A stretch of DNA of 64,000 nucleotides from Hormiphora californensis. Its lineage: Eukaryota > Animalia > Ctenophora. The notes below the pieces were generated by a model. That model had not been told where the DNA came from, made no database searches, and saw only the letters and a program-made list of their open reading frames with translations. This document shows positions 37,494 through 50,942 of this stretch, piece by piece (position 1 is the stretch's first letter; each line of letters begins with the position of its first letter). The translations under genes and the position numbers were made by a program. The stretch covers positions 7,316,001-7,380,000 of the forward strand of contig CM035352.1 of assembly GCA_020137815.1 (NCBI GenBank). The letters are read 5' to 3'.

Positions 37494-39014
37494 ACACAAT
37501 CACTGCATGTCCTCTTGATAAGCAGCTCAGTAATTTTCTCTCATCATATTCTTTTGTTGTGTATATTATATTATATTGTACTTTTCGGCCCCTTCTTCTA
37601 CACGAGCCTATAATATCACTATTTGATCCCTCTAATAATTTGTCCGCCCCCACAATGAAAACTCCAGTGATAACGGTAGCTAAACTTATTGTTGGGAATT
37701 TAGGAAACAATGAATTGTACCCATATGATTTCACTAAGATTTGTGCGTGATAATACCCCTCAACTTCACCTTCTCCTTTAGTTTGAAAAAGAGGAGGAAG
37801 AGGAAGAGAGGCCCATATCAGCGAGCAGTTCTGTGAAACAATTGAAAATAACAATGGGGGAACTTAACAAGGAAAATATCGAACTAAAAAAGGTAAAAAC
37901 AACGTCATTTTCATCATATAATGTAATTCGTTTTTGAAAATGTGTTTACATTTAGGAATTATCAATTAGGATAATTGATTGCACCTCTTGGCAACACTGA
38001 ATTAGACACACAATAACACAATCTCACTACTGCAGATCCTCTCCTGATTCTGATATTCTCTCTCCAGTTGTTATCGGACAGTAAGACAGAGTTATCAGAA
38101 GTTAAAAAGAAGAAGGACGTCCTTGAAAAGAAGATGGATAGTTTGGGTAACTTTGTCAAGAGAATTGGCAGCAACGATCACATGTTAAAGGGATCCACAT
38201 CATTCTTTAAGAAGGAGAATCAAAATCTAAAAAATAAAGTTGTGGTGACTAACAAGACGGTAATATATTGTTAGACACTGTACACTCTCTCAGTGTTACA
38301 ATTTCTAGTTACCATGACAACATGAATTATACAGTCATTGTTTAGCAAATTATCTGCCATGACAACCTTGTAACTTTGTGTGTTTCAGCTGTCTGATATA
38401 AAGAAACTGAATGAGGATCTTGTGAGGACCCATGAACTAGATAGAAGGGCCATAGAGGAACTTTCTGCCACTATCTCGGTATATCGAATTGTTATCTCTA
38501 GTACCCGTAGGGGCCGTCTACTATTAGTACTTCATGTCTTCATATTACATGAATATGAAAATATCTTGTCTACGCGGACAAATACTGTACTTCTTATTTC
38601 TAGGATTTAGAATTCCGGATTAGGATGGGTGTTGTCTCGGACGAGTATACTTCAGAGATTTGTGAGTTGACCCACCAGCTTGAGGACGACACAGATAAAC
38701 ATGTAAGATATATGTGGTGGATATGGTCCAGTCAGTGGAGACCATACCAGATGCAAGCCTGGTCTAAATGATATGAGACATAGGATCATATAGGGTTAAA
38801 TTCTACAACCTAACATGATTCCCCATTTCAGTGCAACAACTGTCCTGCTCTACAACTCCAGCTATCCAAGAATGCCATATCACTACAGTGCCTTGTTGCA
38901 CGTCTCAAACAGATGGAACATGATAACTTCCAGTTGAAACAGGACAAGATGTCCCTTGAGAGAGACGTTCAGGCACTAACTGAGAAAATTGAAGAGTCTA
39001 CCTTTCCCTATTGA
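36907..39014 (+). CDS. Six-exon coiled-coil protein of unknown family
   Basis: Exons ~36907-36954, 37782-37892, 38068-38259, 38389-38478, 38603-38702 and 38832-39014 join in frame through GT-AG phase-0 introns (MAAMQRKF...EESTFPY*). Confidence 0.75.
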
Positions 39015-39602
39015 GTTATTAACTTTGATGAAATGAGCTGTGTTCTTTTTGGTCCGAATTGGGTGTTTGTAGTATAATTGCTTTTCAATAAAATTATGAA
39101 TTGTCTTGTTTTCATTCTTAGATCACTGGGGACAAAGTGCCACTGCGCTGACAAGCTCCAAAATTGAACAGGCATTTTGTACGCGCAAATATAGCGCCGC
39201 GCGGATGATGTGTGCCGCGCGTTTCATAATAAAATTTAAACCAGAAAATTTTCAAAAATTCAAATTCAAAAATTTCGCGGTTGTTTTTAGTTTTGTCTCC
39301 CTTCGGCTGCTCTGCTTCCGATGCCCCTCACGTAAAATAACACGTTAAATTTACTTGAAACTTCACGCGAAAGAGAGGTCGCACCGCCAGCACTAGAGTT
39401 TGACCTAAACTTTTTTCAATCAATCCTGACGGTCAAGACCTGACCGCTCAACGCGGACACCGATTACCGATATGCCTCGATTTTGTATTATCACAACTCA
39501 TTTAAGATTGGCGTGTCATTATGAGTCAAATAAATAATTTAACTTAAAATGTCAGTGTACATCATCTCCAATTAAAGTCCTTTTTCCTGAAGCCACAACA
39601 GA

Positions 39603-41992
39603 ATGGAGATAGTTATTGGTACATACGAGGGTCCGGTGATATCATACGGTGTGAACCTGGACAAAGGCATGGTATTAGAGGCACAGTTTGTTGAAAAGTC
39701 GCATAGTGGGTGTGTGAAGAGCATAGCATGTAATAACAGATACCTCGCGTCAGGTAAATATCACTGATCTTCCAAAATATATCTTGTGTAGAGTGAGGTG
39801 CAAGAGTCTTGTTGTTCCAAAATATCTCCTCCATTTCCTTATTAAAACCTAAAAGGGTGTTGCTAATAACAAAAACAATTTCAGGCAGTTCAGACGAGTC
39901 CATTAGACTGTTAGATCTGCACAAGAGGGTGGAACTGGGGGCACTAATGCAGCACAATGGTACGGTGACCTGTCTAACATTCCAAGGTTCCCACCTTCTG
40001 TCTGGGTCAGAGGATGGCACTATCTGTGTATACCAGAGTGGATCGTGGGAATGCAAGAAGACATTGAAGGGTCACACCGCTGCAGTGTGTCAGTTGTCTG
40101 TTCACCCTTCTGGGGTTCTAGCTCTGTCTGTTAGTAGGGATAAAACGCTAAAGACATGGAGTCTTATCACTGGAAAACCAGTTCATACCGTCAATCTTAC
40201 CTCTCTACCTGACGAGTAAGTGTTGATTAGCTTTCAGGATAAAGTCCCGCAAACGGAACGTGTCTAACTGCTAAATTATTGAATATTTTTTACCACTAAC
40301 CATCTAACATGTACCCAACTTCGTAGTGTTATTTGGAATACGGATGGTTCAACTTATGCAATCCTCCTGGAGAAATCCATTAAAGTGTTCCAGCCTCACT
40401 CGGGCAAACCTGTTAGAACATACACCTCTGATCGGCGTATAGTATGCTGTAAGTATCCTTTTTCTTTGTATGTCCCTCTGTCTCTTTCTGTCAAGATTTC
40501 TCTCTCTATCTCTCCCTCTCTTACTCTCCCTCTCTCCCTTTATCTCTGACCTATCTCTTTCTCTCTCCGTCCTTCATTCTAGGAATACGACGTCACATAG
40601 CTGATAAATTATAATTCAGGTTTCAACTTTGCCCAAAGTTGATAACCTGAATCTATTTTTAGTTTTTACCCTCCCACGGCCCACAGTCTGTCGGAACTCA
40701 ACGTCAAATAATGTATTAAATCAAAAATTCCATAAAATCTAGTTTGTAAAATATAGCTCTAAATTATTTAAACCACAAACCCCCGGCCCCTGAACTTACC
40801 TGGTTTTGCTACCCTAAAGATCATTACTTCTGCTATGTTCATAGTTACTCGACCATTATCATGACCCACTTCCGGAGTTCTATCTCGTAACTGCACAACA
40901 TCTCCCCGTGTACCCTCCTCACATCCAATCGTGTAGGTCTGATCTTCAACTGAACTACCGTCCTCTCTAGTCATTGTGATCTCTCCACATTTCACTTCAG
41001 ACCCTCCTGCCTGAATAATGATAACCTCTGTCCCAATCAGCCGGTCTCTTACTGCTTTGTATCCCTTTGAAGGTGGGTCTTCTCGGTTTGTCAACCTGTA
41101 ATATTTGTAGTGTTTAGTTGTGCTGTCTTAATGATAAAAATAGGACGAAAGGTGTTTAGTTCCCGTTCATCATTCGTTATCGGGCCCTCCCCAGTTCCCA
41201 TCAAATACCTGTTTATTATGCGAACTTCGGCAACATTTATCGGCTGGACAAGATGTAGTTTAACCCATGATTGCGAGGCTAAATTTTTTGAATGGAAGAC
41301 GGTTCCTGTGCTTCCATCGAAAAGGTTGGCTGCAACGTCATTTCCGAGTGTGGAGCTTACTTCTGCTGATTCAATATCTACTGATTCAAGAGGCGGTGTT
41401 CCAGTAATCTGGACCACTAAGGCCACAATGATACAAACTCTGAACAACTCCATACTAAAGTAATTGGGGATGTGTTATTACACTCGGTAGTACTGTACTA
41501 CTAGTACAAACGGTAGTTGAAACAATCAGTTGGCCAATTATAATGGGTGCCAAACAGAGTCTAGGCAAGTGATTACATAACTGGGAAACAAGCTATATAG
41601 CTACCGAGTACCGACTAGTCGTAATTTTGCAATTAAAACAGCTGCTCATGCTATTTACGCTTTGATTGTATGTGCTAGCTATGCCAGAAATGATACTAAA
41701 TTAAATAACAAACTTTGACATTCGTACGGCAAAATATAACTAAGTCTTAACGCAAAGGCTAGAGCTTTTTAGCTAATGGTTAGAGGGGATTGAACGTTTA
41801 GATAGAGCTAGAGACTCTAGAGAGATAGCTGAGGGAGATAGAGGGAGACAGAGAGTGAGAGAGATCTATCTCTAGCAGCTCTTTGACGTATGGGCTAGAA
41901 AACAATACGATTACACTACCCAAACGGCACACGTCTTAGCAATAGACGGGTTAGCTGGAGTTGAGTAAAAATATTGCTCTCTCACACACACA

Positions 41993-42051
<59 letters not shown>

Positions 42052-43920
42052 GGGGGGGGGCCGGCTGAAGTTTTTGAAGTTTTCCACCCTACTTTTTGAG
42101 TTTTTGAAGTTTTTGAAGTTGACTTCAAAAACTTCAAAAACTTCAAAAACTCTAAACTACTTTTATATGCTATCAGTGACTATTATTACACTTGTTTAGG
42201 TTAGTTTCATGCTTAATACATATTGTGGCAAAGTTATCCGTCCTTGTCTTCCCTTTTTCTACCACAAATTAGGATATTTACAATGATTCCTAGACAAGAA
42301 ATCTATGGCACAATTTGGTGTAAAAAATTTAAATTTTTTGTAAAAACAGATTTTATTTTCATTCTATAACTCAAAAAATTGCCTAGAAAATGCTAAGAAA
42401 GTGTTTAAAAATTATAAAGTAAATTTTCAAAAAAATTTTTGGGGCCACACCCTTTTTGCCAGTTTCACAAAATGCAAATTTTTTATGAAGGGAGTAGTGA
42501 AAAAAAATATGGACACCAAAATCATCAGCAGCCTCGAGTTAGTGGGGGTACGTGCCAAAATGAAGTCTCCACCTCATCTAATTCGAGGGATAATGGGATA
42601 TTTTCATAATTTTGTGTGTGCGCATGACTTTTTTTTTGGGCTAGACCAGTTTTAATGGTTTATGAGTGACTATAGGCTTTTTAAAGGGGTGCATCTTGTT
42701 CGGAATATGCAAGTTTATATAAGAGTTATGAAGCAACATAGGGCCTATCTCCAACGGTTTAGGCGATATGAGTTTTTGAAGTTTTTGAAGTTTTTGAAGT
42801 TTTCCACCCTAAGTTTCTCTTTGAAGTTTTTGAAGTTGACTTCAAAAACTTCAAAAACTTCAGCCGGCCCCCCCCCTCTCTCTCTCTCTCTCTCTATCTC
42901 TCTCCCTCTCCCTCTCCCTCTCTATCTCTCTCTCTATCGCTATCTCTCTCCTCCTCCCCCTCTCTTTTTCATCCTCCCTCCCATTAAACTAATGACTAAT
43001 TAACTATAATGACTAATTGACGTATAATTCACCCTCCCTTCCAGGTAAGTTCCTGTCCTCAACACTACTCGCGTACGGTGGGGAGAGCAAGACCATTAGT
43101 ATTGTAGAGATAGAGAGTAACAAGTGCCAAACCATTACTGGACACAACGCCCGGATAAAGGCTCTAGACTTCGTGAGGTTAGTAATATGGATCAGAATAG
43201 TTCCAGAAACAGCAAAAACAGAAACTGTGGTATCTCTCATTTATTTGAGATGTATTTACCCGAACAGTATCCCATTTACCGGGCTGATTGTTTGGGTAAC
43301 GTACCGCGGTAGTAAGTACCACGGTACTTTATATCGGGGTTTCAAACACTACATGACATCTCTACCCCCCCCCCCCCCCAGGTCCGATGTAAAAGACCAC
43401 TACATCCTGATATCCGTGTCAAGTGATGGGGAGGTGAAGATATGGGCCCTATCACGTGACAAATATGATCAGATAGGGGGTACTACACTGTTCAACCACC
43501 GGCCTGTCTGTATGTGTGTTTACACTGGGGAGAAACAGTTCGTGAAACAGCTCTCTACCCCAGCACCCGTTCTTAAACATCAGGTATAAACGCAATTGTG
43601 GGTTATTCAATCTTATTAGGAGACATCATATTTTATCCTTCCTACCCTAAGACAGACTCTCTCGTACGCTGTATGAACAATGCGTCCTAAGTACTAACAT
43701 ATCGTGTGGCATACCGTATTTTAGTTTGAATGCACTCTGTGAGGGTTCGGTAGATCAACTAACATCCCCACTTCAGGAACTACCTAAAAAGAGGAAGACT
43801 CCAATAAAGCGTCGTGTACTATTTGCTAATCTTCATGCTATACAGGGTGGCAAAACAATCAAACGGAAACTGAAACACAAAAAAACAAGTCGAGTTATTC
43901 CCCTTCATTTTGACAGATAG
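39603..43920 (+). CDS. PAK1IP1: PAK1-interacting protein 1 (Mak11-like WD40 ribosome biogenesis factor), 6 exons
   Basis: MEIVIGTYE..SHSGCVK..YLASGSSDESIRLLDL..ELGALMQHNGTVTCL..HLLSGSEDG..SVHPSG.LALSVS.DKTLKTW; basic C-terminal tail. Confidence 0.9.
40574..41453 (-). CDS. Secreted F-type lectin/discoidin (F5/8C)-like protein nested in PAK1IP1 intron 3
   Basis: Signal peptide MELFRVCIIVALVVQITG; AANLFDG...FHS...W...V.IINR...RL...CG...C...G..V...MNIAEV. Exons ~41453-41209 and 41096-40800; the last micro-exon is inferred. Confidence 0.75.
42050..42876. mobile_element. Poly(G)-tipped element, family G(n)CCGGCTG, inserted in a (CT)n tract
   Basis: G11-ccggctgaagtttttgaag ... cttcaaaaacttcagccgg-C9 with subterminal (tttttgaag)n repeats. 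The TSD is hidden in the microsatellite. Confidence 0.82.
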
Positions 43921-44206
43921 AGATATGATCAGGGACAGTGCAGTTATTTCTATTATATGTGTTGTATTTCAGAACGTTTTAACAAAATACACAGTTACTG
44001 GTTAAATACATCTTGTTTTATTTAGTTCCCCCCAGTCCCTAAACACTTTTTTTGATTTTATTCCCCATTCACTAAACACTCCAATTGTGTCGGGCTTCAC
44101 CAACAGTGCCCAACCCCCCCCCCCCAATCCGGTCCTAAACACTGTCCCCCTTCCTCACCTATATCAATATTCTAATAGTTCCCAACCATATCCCTCTCCC
44201 AGGATA

Positions 44207-44590
44207 ATGGCTAAGACGACTAGCACCACAATTCTACAACTTCTTGTAACGGCTATATCAATGCTTGTAATACCACTTGCCTTCATTCTTTTATGGTCGG
44301 TGGTACATCTTCGCCTCATGGCCCAATACAGATATTTACTCAGCGGCTCTCTCTGTGTTTTCGGTACGTTAGATAGAGAGCCGAGAGAGAGTGTGTGTTT
44401 GTGAGAGATACGGTAACACACCTGTGTGTTGTTACCCAATTATTGCATCGCTAATTACCCCCCCCCCCCCCACAGACACCTCTAACCCCCACAACCTCCC
44501 CCACAGGTCCATGTTATTCTGGCTGTGTATTGTTATGTAGCTTACCAAGAAGTGAAAGAAGAGGAGAGAGAGGCTAAGAAAGCTGAATAG
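44207..44590 (+). CDS. VMA21: V-ATPase assembly factor VMA21 (2 exons; one apparent 1-nt indel near 44282)
   Basis: Removing one T gives ..IPLASFFYGRWYIF..DIYSAALSVFS|VHVILAVYCYVAYQE..KKAE*: two TM helices, the VHV.L...Y.A..E motif and a KKxx ER-retrieval signal. Confidence 0.8.
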
Positions 44591-44843
44591 TATTAATCAG
44601 AGCTGGGGCTTTCAGATTTAAATATTCTTTAAATTTAATTCTTTAATTTATTTTGTTGTTTTTTGCAGGTGTGTTTCTGACAAGGTTGATCCTTTATACT
44701 CTAATTATTTTACAGTTAATTATCCCAGTTTGTTTTAATGTCTCTCTCCAAGTATTACAATCTCCCTCTCTAACCCCTCCATATTTTCATCTAGCTCCCT
44801 CTCTCTAACCCCTCCATATTTTCATCTAGCTCCCTCTCTCGCA

Positions 44844-47800
44844 ATGGTTCGGCTACATCTTAAGAAAGGTAACGACTCCCTCTTTCTCCACGACACAACT
44901 ACTGCACAAGATATCAAATCACTACTCGCTGATATTCTCGCTATATACGATCTCAGGCTGAAAGTGCTGCGAGTATGTGATGGTAAGTTTCATTTAGTCA
45001 ATGGATTAGTCAAGGAAAATATAAAATTATTAGAAACTCTGTCTGCTTTGTGATGTACAATTATTAAATCATCAAGTTGTTTTTTACACTGCTGTAGCTG
45101 TTCTCTGCTTTGTTACACACACATTCTATTTACAGAAATGCAATGCCTTGCGAAACATGGACATTTCTTGCCCGGTAACATGCAAGGTTTGACAGAAGAG
45201 CAGATTGAGGAACTGAAATATAAAGACGAATACGAGAAGATTTGTGTGCCCCAAGGTGGATCTGTGGAATGCGAGGATCCCATTGGACGACGAACCGGAA
45301 AAGGTAGTTTTGTTCTTAATGTGGCAACAACAAAAAACGGTCTACCGGAGAGCGGTGCGCGCGGATTATGTAAAGTGAAGTTGTTAGCACTCTGCAGTGC
45401 GCGGCGTGGGAAATTATTCTTTTCCAGAAATCACCGTCAGAATTGAGTTATTGGTTGACACAGTCATTCAATGACATTGATTAAAACAGCCGCTGTTTGT
45501 CCCTAATTCACCCTCCCCTTTCAGCACCTAACGAGGCGATGGCTGAGGTTCTAATGAAAACCATTACTGATGCGAAAGAGATGGTTTCTAACAAACTGAC
45601 GGCCAGCAACACAGTTCTAACTCTGGATATAGTCCGGGATGCACTAGATAGGTTGAAAGGTGCTGTTATGATTGTGTACCCAATGAAACTGCCCCCTTAT
45701 GACCCGGTGCAGATGGAATTCGAAAATGATGAGGATCTTTCAGGGACTCAGGTTAGCACAGAATCTCCAATCCAAACATCAGGACCCTGATATCAGGATC
45801 TAGTATTGTAACTGTTTTCATCAGGAATCCTACATCCCACACTGAACTCCCTTCCCCATCTGCCAGGCATCGCTGGAAGTTATCGAGCAGGGCTCTCTCT
45901 GGTGGGCTGGCAAGGAGCTGCTCCCTGAGAAACTGCTCTCTGACTATGTAGGGAAGAATGAGAAGACTAAAGTTATTGTCAAACTAACAAAGGTATGGTG
46001 AAAACACCAACAATGATACATGGACTATAACATGACGATACTTGAAGGGAACCTACTGACAATAACAAGGACTGACCATCTGATTCTGGTAAAGACTGAA
46101 AATACGCTCTGATTTTCCACACTTTCATTGGGCCTTGTTTAAAGACTAACAACCCCCCCCCCCCTCTCCAGAAAGGATCGAGTGCGCCAGGACGGGAACA
46201 GGTCATGTCAGAGGAGGAAAAGAAACAAATGATGGCCTGGCAGTACAGGAAACAAGAGGAGATGAAGGTACGGGATGTCGCTGAATTATTGGGTCACGGC
46301 GATTACTTTTCGTGTTGCTGTATTATTTACACTTCACGGTGCCCCTGAAGGACGTTCCACCTCGACCGAGTCCCCCAGCAAAACGAACGGTTGTGTGACC
46401 TAAAGGGGGGGGGGGCCAACGAATTTTTTATATATTTCCTTAATTTTGGAATTTTTTATATATATATAAAAATATATAAAAATATATAAAAATATATAAA
46501 AATATATAAAATTATATAAATAATATATAAAAATATATAAAAATATATAAAATAAACCCTTTTTTCACCCCTTTTACTTTCAAAAAAGGGGATTATTTCC
46601 ATCTATTGTTCACTTGAATATGTTTCATAGAGTTAATTTAAGTGTTTGAGAGGGTGATAGCTGTTTTACATAATTGAGAATGTGTTCAAAAGTGAATTAT
46701 GTACTGTCAAAAGTAGAACTGGTGAAGAGAGGTTCCGGCCTAATAATATCTACCAGTTTTGGTGTGATTTCAATCATTTTTTGTATGTTGATCCGTACAG
46801 ATGTACTAGAACTGGTGAAGAGAGGTTGGGATCGCGAAACTAAAAAAACAAATCATTTTTGACGTCATTTTGACGTCATGACGTTATTGACGCGACGTCA
46901 CGATGTTACAAACGTCACATTGATGACGGAAAATCATCAGGATTATCTAGATGAAGATGCTGACCAAGTTTGAGATCAATTGAATGATATTTGATCCCGC
47001 TATGGCGAAAAACAGCTTTCTGTTTTCACACTTTCGGCACAATTTTTTATATATTTTTATATATTTTTTATATATTTTTATATATTTTTATATATTCATA
47101 TGTATTTTTATATATTTTTATATATTTTATATATATATAAAAAATTATGTTTTTTTTTTCCAAAAAAAAGGTATATAAAATATATAAAAATATATAAAAA
47201 ATGAGCGTTGGCCCCCCCCCCCCTAAAGGGGACCTCTGGGAACTACGCAGGACCGTGGGGGAAAAGATATGAAAGTAGCCAAAGGAGAAAATCGCAAAAA
47301 ACGCCATTTTAACAATGTTGCCGTGGATTTAGAGTTCCAATTCCAGTGGCAATCAATTCGGCGTGTCAAAAAACCCTGGGGTGACTTGATTTTGGTCGAA
47401 AAAAAAATAGATTTGAGATTGGAAAATTTGGAATGTAGTGTGAGAAAAATGACCAAATTCTACATTCCAAATTTTCCAATTTATTCTTTTTTCCGACCAA
47501 AATAAAGTCACCCCAGGGTTTTTTGACACGCCGAATCGATTGCCGCTGGAATTGGAACTCTAAATCCACGGCAACATTGTTAAAATGGCGTTTTTTGGGA
47601 TTTTTTTGCCCTATATGCGATTTTCTCCTTTGGCTACTTTCATATCTTTTTCCCCACGGTCCTGCGTAGTTCCCAGAGGTCCCCTTTAGGCCACACAACC
47701 GTTCGTTTTGCTGGGGGACTCGGTCGAGGTGGAACGTCCTTCAGGGGCACCGTGACTTGTTGTTCGGCACAGTGCACACCATCTTTCTTGTCGTTCTCTA

Positions 47801-47967
47801 AAACCATCGACAACATGTGAATTAAGTTGTTTATTAACTCACATTACTTTCAGAAACTTCACGAAGCTGATGATGGTGACGATTACTATAACAGTGCATG
47901 GGCCAACTCTAACAATCTAAAGAACCAGTTCCACGGCATTGGAAATATCAAGTGGGGTCCCAAGTAG
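44844..47967 (+). CDS. CFAP298: Cilia- and flagella-associated protein 298 (C21orf59), 6 exons
   Basis: MVRLHLKKG..FL; KHG..LP.NMQGLTEEQIEELK; DPIGRRTG.AP; LKGAVMIVYPM.LPPYDP; LWWAGKEL..LSDYVGKNEKTK; QFHG..NIKWGPK*. Confidence 0.95.
46335..47754. mobile_element. Chapaev/CMC-like palindromic MITE (~600 bp without its insert) in the last CFAP298 intron
   Basis: CACGG...CCGTG ends, 4-bp TSD actt, arms meeting near 47450. Shares aatcgattgccg with the 32-kb palindrome. Confidence 0.88.
46405..47223. mobile_element. Poly(G)-tipped element, family G(n)CCAACG (empty copy)
   Basis: G11-ccaacg ... cgttgg-C12. The duplication around taaa is compatible with an 8-bp TSD (e.g. cctaaagg) partly hidden in the homopolymers. 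Confidence 0.88.
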
Positions 47968-48534
47968 AGAGAGCTACTTATATAGGACACTGTTCTCACT
48001 GCTAGCTGTTATTATATTGGACACTAGTTCTCACTAGTGATATATAGGACACTAGTTCTCACTACTGCTGTGCGGTTGAGAGGGTTGAAGTGTGTGAGCT
48101 GTCAGGGCATTGCTCTGACAGTGTGGGAGTGTGGTTTTGATAACATCAGACAGACCAGATAATTTATTTGTAGTATTTTTACTGTGTACATATTATGTAA
48201 AACTTGATCACTAAATTTTGTATTTTTACTGTTATTCACTGTCTGGCGGCGCCTTAATACCCCGATCTGAATTCGAGATAGTGCACACAGATCGGGTCTG
48301 CGCCGCCAGACAGTGTGTTCATGGGCGGTTCGGGCCAGGGGACATGTATGATCGAATGGATCACACGATGTTCATTTTAGAACCCTGTAGACGCACCTAT
48401 CCTGTTTAATTTGGATCGGTGCCATGCAGGCTCTGGCAGGCCAATGCTCTGAGTCGGTCATGCAGAGTCAGACAGTGTAGGCTCATGTCACTTGAATGCG
48501 TGTGCCGTGTGTCTGGGTCCGCGCTGACCGGGTC

Positions 48535-50207
48535 ATAAGGAACCATAATAAGGAACCATAATAAAGTTCAAGAGCCTCCAAGAGCGCACCACAATCAAGA
48601 GAGACCAAAATCAAGAGCACACCACTATCAAGAGAGACCAAAATCAAGAGCACACCACAATCAAGAGAGACCAAATCAAGAGCGCACCACAATCAAGAGA
48701 GACCAAATCAAGAGCGCACCTCATCCAAGAGAGCTCCCTATCCAGAAGATACCAGATGTGGTGCGCTCTTGATTTGGTCTCTCTTGATTGTGGTGTGCTC
48801 TGGGGGGGGGGGACATGTTAATTGTTAATAAATCACCTCTTTTTTTCGATTTTGTTAATTAACGTTAATTAACAAAATTAACAAAATTAACAAATGCTAA
48901 AATACTGTTCTTATTGATTGATAATACGACTTTAACTGGTTTAATTTTATAGTTTAATGACTTACCTAACACATATATACCCAAAAAAGGCCTTTTCCGA
49001 TAACCAAAGTCCGACATACAGGTTTTTTGGCTCAAAATCGATAAAAATCCAAAAGTTACAAATATTTCAATTTAGCGTATAAAATCTCACTTTAACGTAA
49101 TTTTTTCATTGGTAATCGATTCTTTGGACTCATTTAGATGATATACAACGTTTCTGTTGGAAAAAGTGATAAAATTTTTCCAAATTCAATTTTTTCCCTG
49201 CCCGGGTGAATGCCGAAGGCATTCACCCGGATGCCTTTTTACTTTGTAAAAAGGCATAGCAGGGTTAGAATTCGAAAACGACATTTTGGTATACTAACTA
49301 ATCGGTAGAGGGACATTTTTTGGTCACACTTTCGTTGCGAAGGGCAACCTCGCGGCGCGCGCGATCTGACACTTGCGGAGTAACATGCGCGCACGCAAAC
49401 AATTGAAATTTTATGAGGTGGCGCGCGGCTTTAAACTGTAACGCGCGGCAAAATTTGTTTTATATCGGCCGCGCGTTTTGATTGGAGAAATTGAAAAGAA
49501 AATTGAAAAGTTGAAAAGAAAATTGAAAAATCTGTTCTGCGTTTTGTTCAAAAATTCGAAAAACACAAATCCCCATTTTGCGGACAGCTTACTCGTTGGG
49601 CGAGTTGAATGGCAAATCGAAGAGGGCAGGGAAACGTAGCATTATGGATACATAATGCAAATAATTCTTGTTTGGTCAAAGATTGAAAATTTGCTTCGCT
49701 ACAAATCCTTGTGTTTTTTTAGAAAAATAAATTTTTGGGATATTTTTCGTTTTAAGGTAAATTCATGAGTCTTATTTAGTTTTTAGGGTTGGAAAATGTG
49801 GATTAGGGTCATTTGACTTCAATTGCGGTTTAGTTTGGCTAGTTTTTATTAAAATTTACACAATGGAACAAATCGCTGTAGAAAAACCGTAGTAGAGGTA
49901 GTAGTGGTATGTAAATCGTGCAGAAGGAATAACTTTGCTCGCAGAACAAGTGTTAAATACCAAAAATACGTGCTAAAGGGGATTTAGATGGTATAAATGG
50001 CATTTGTTAACGTTTGTTAACTTTTTGTTAATTTTGTTAATAAATCACCTGTTTTCTCGATTTTAATATTAACAAAGTTAACAAAATTAACATGTCCCCC
50101 CCCCCCTGTGCTCTTGATTTTGGTATCTCTTGATTGTGGTATGCTCTTGATTTTGGTGCGCTCTTGGAGGCTCTTGGAGGCTCTTGAACTTTATTATGGT
50201 TTCTTAT
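48535..50207. mobile_element. Foldback element whose arms are made of ~32-33-bp tandem repeats
   Basis: ataaggaaccataataaag..caagagcgcacc repeats on the left, inverted on the right (..ctttattatggtttcttat); interrupted by 48802-50106. Confidence 0.7.
48802..50106. mobile_element. Poly(G)-tipped element, family G(n)ACATGTTAA (1.3 kb)
   Basis: G11-acatgttaatt ... aattaacatgt-C11; 8-bp TSD tgtgctct. Confidence 0.9.
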
Positions 50208-50942
50208 TGAAAGGTCAACGGAAAAGTTTTTCGTTTGCCCAGAAGAGAGGTCAGGCATGGCGTATGCAGAGTGCAGATGCTATTCGATGCCGCATAGATG
50301 ATCATGAAGCACATCTTTTGAGCCCTCAGCCCATCTAATCGCGTCTGCCTGGCACTCATGTGGCTCCTGGCGATATCTGTCAGACCAATGCTCTGACCAG
50401 AATGAGAATAGGGTTAAGCCTGACAAGACTTTTTGAGTACTCAACGTTGTTGAGTCAACAAGTCAGGACGTTACCCTGTTAGTGTTGTGATTCTTAGATT
50501 GGGTTGGCCTCGCTGGGTAACATGAGCCTGCGCTTTGCCATGCCATAATTTGAAACAATTGAAAGAGCTCTTTTTTTTCAGTAGAATTAAATATCAATTA
50601 AAATTCTTACTAACATAGACACAAACGGGCTGCAAAAACCAGCACATTTTCTCTCTCAACAAATCAAACAAAAAACAAATCACGGCAAAAATCAACTCAA
50701 CTCTTGTATCACATTGTATCACTCAACTCTTGTATCACACACAAAAACAGTTCTTGATATAATACGGGCTAATTGTCAGAGGAATAAACATGGAAATGTG
50801 GGCCCGGTAAATCAAGGGTCAGATCTCGCGTCTCTCTCAAAAACAAAATAATAATATATTGTGGGGGTCCTGCCCCTCTCTCTTACACGAGAAAAAAACA
50901 GTAATTAATTGTCATTAATTAACCATCATTAATTAATTGTCA

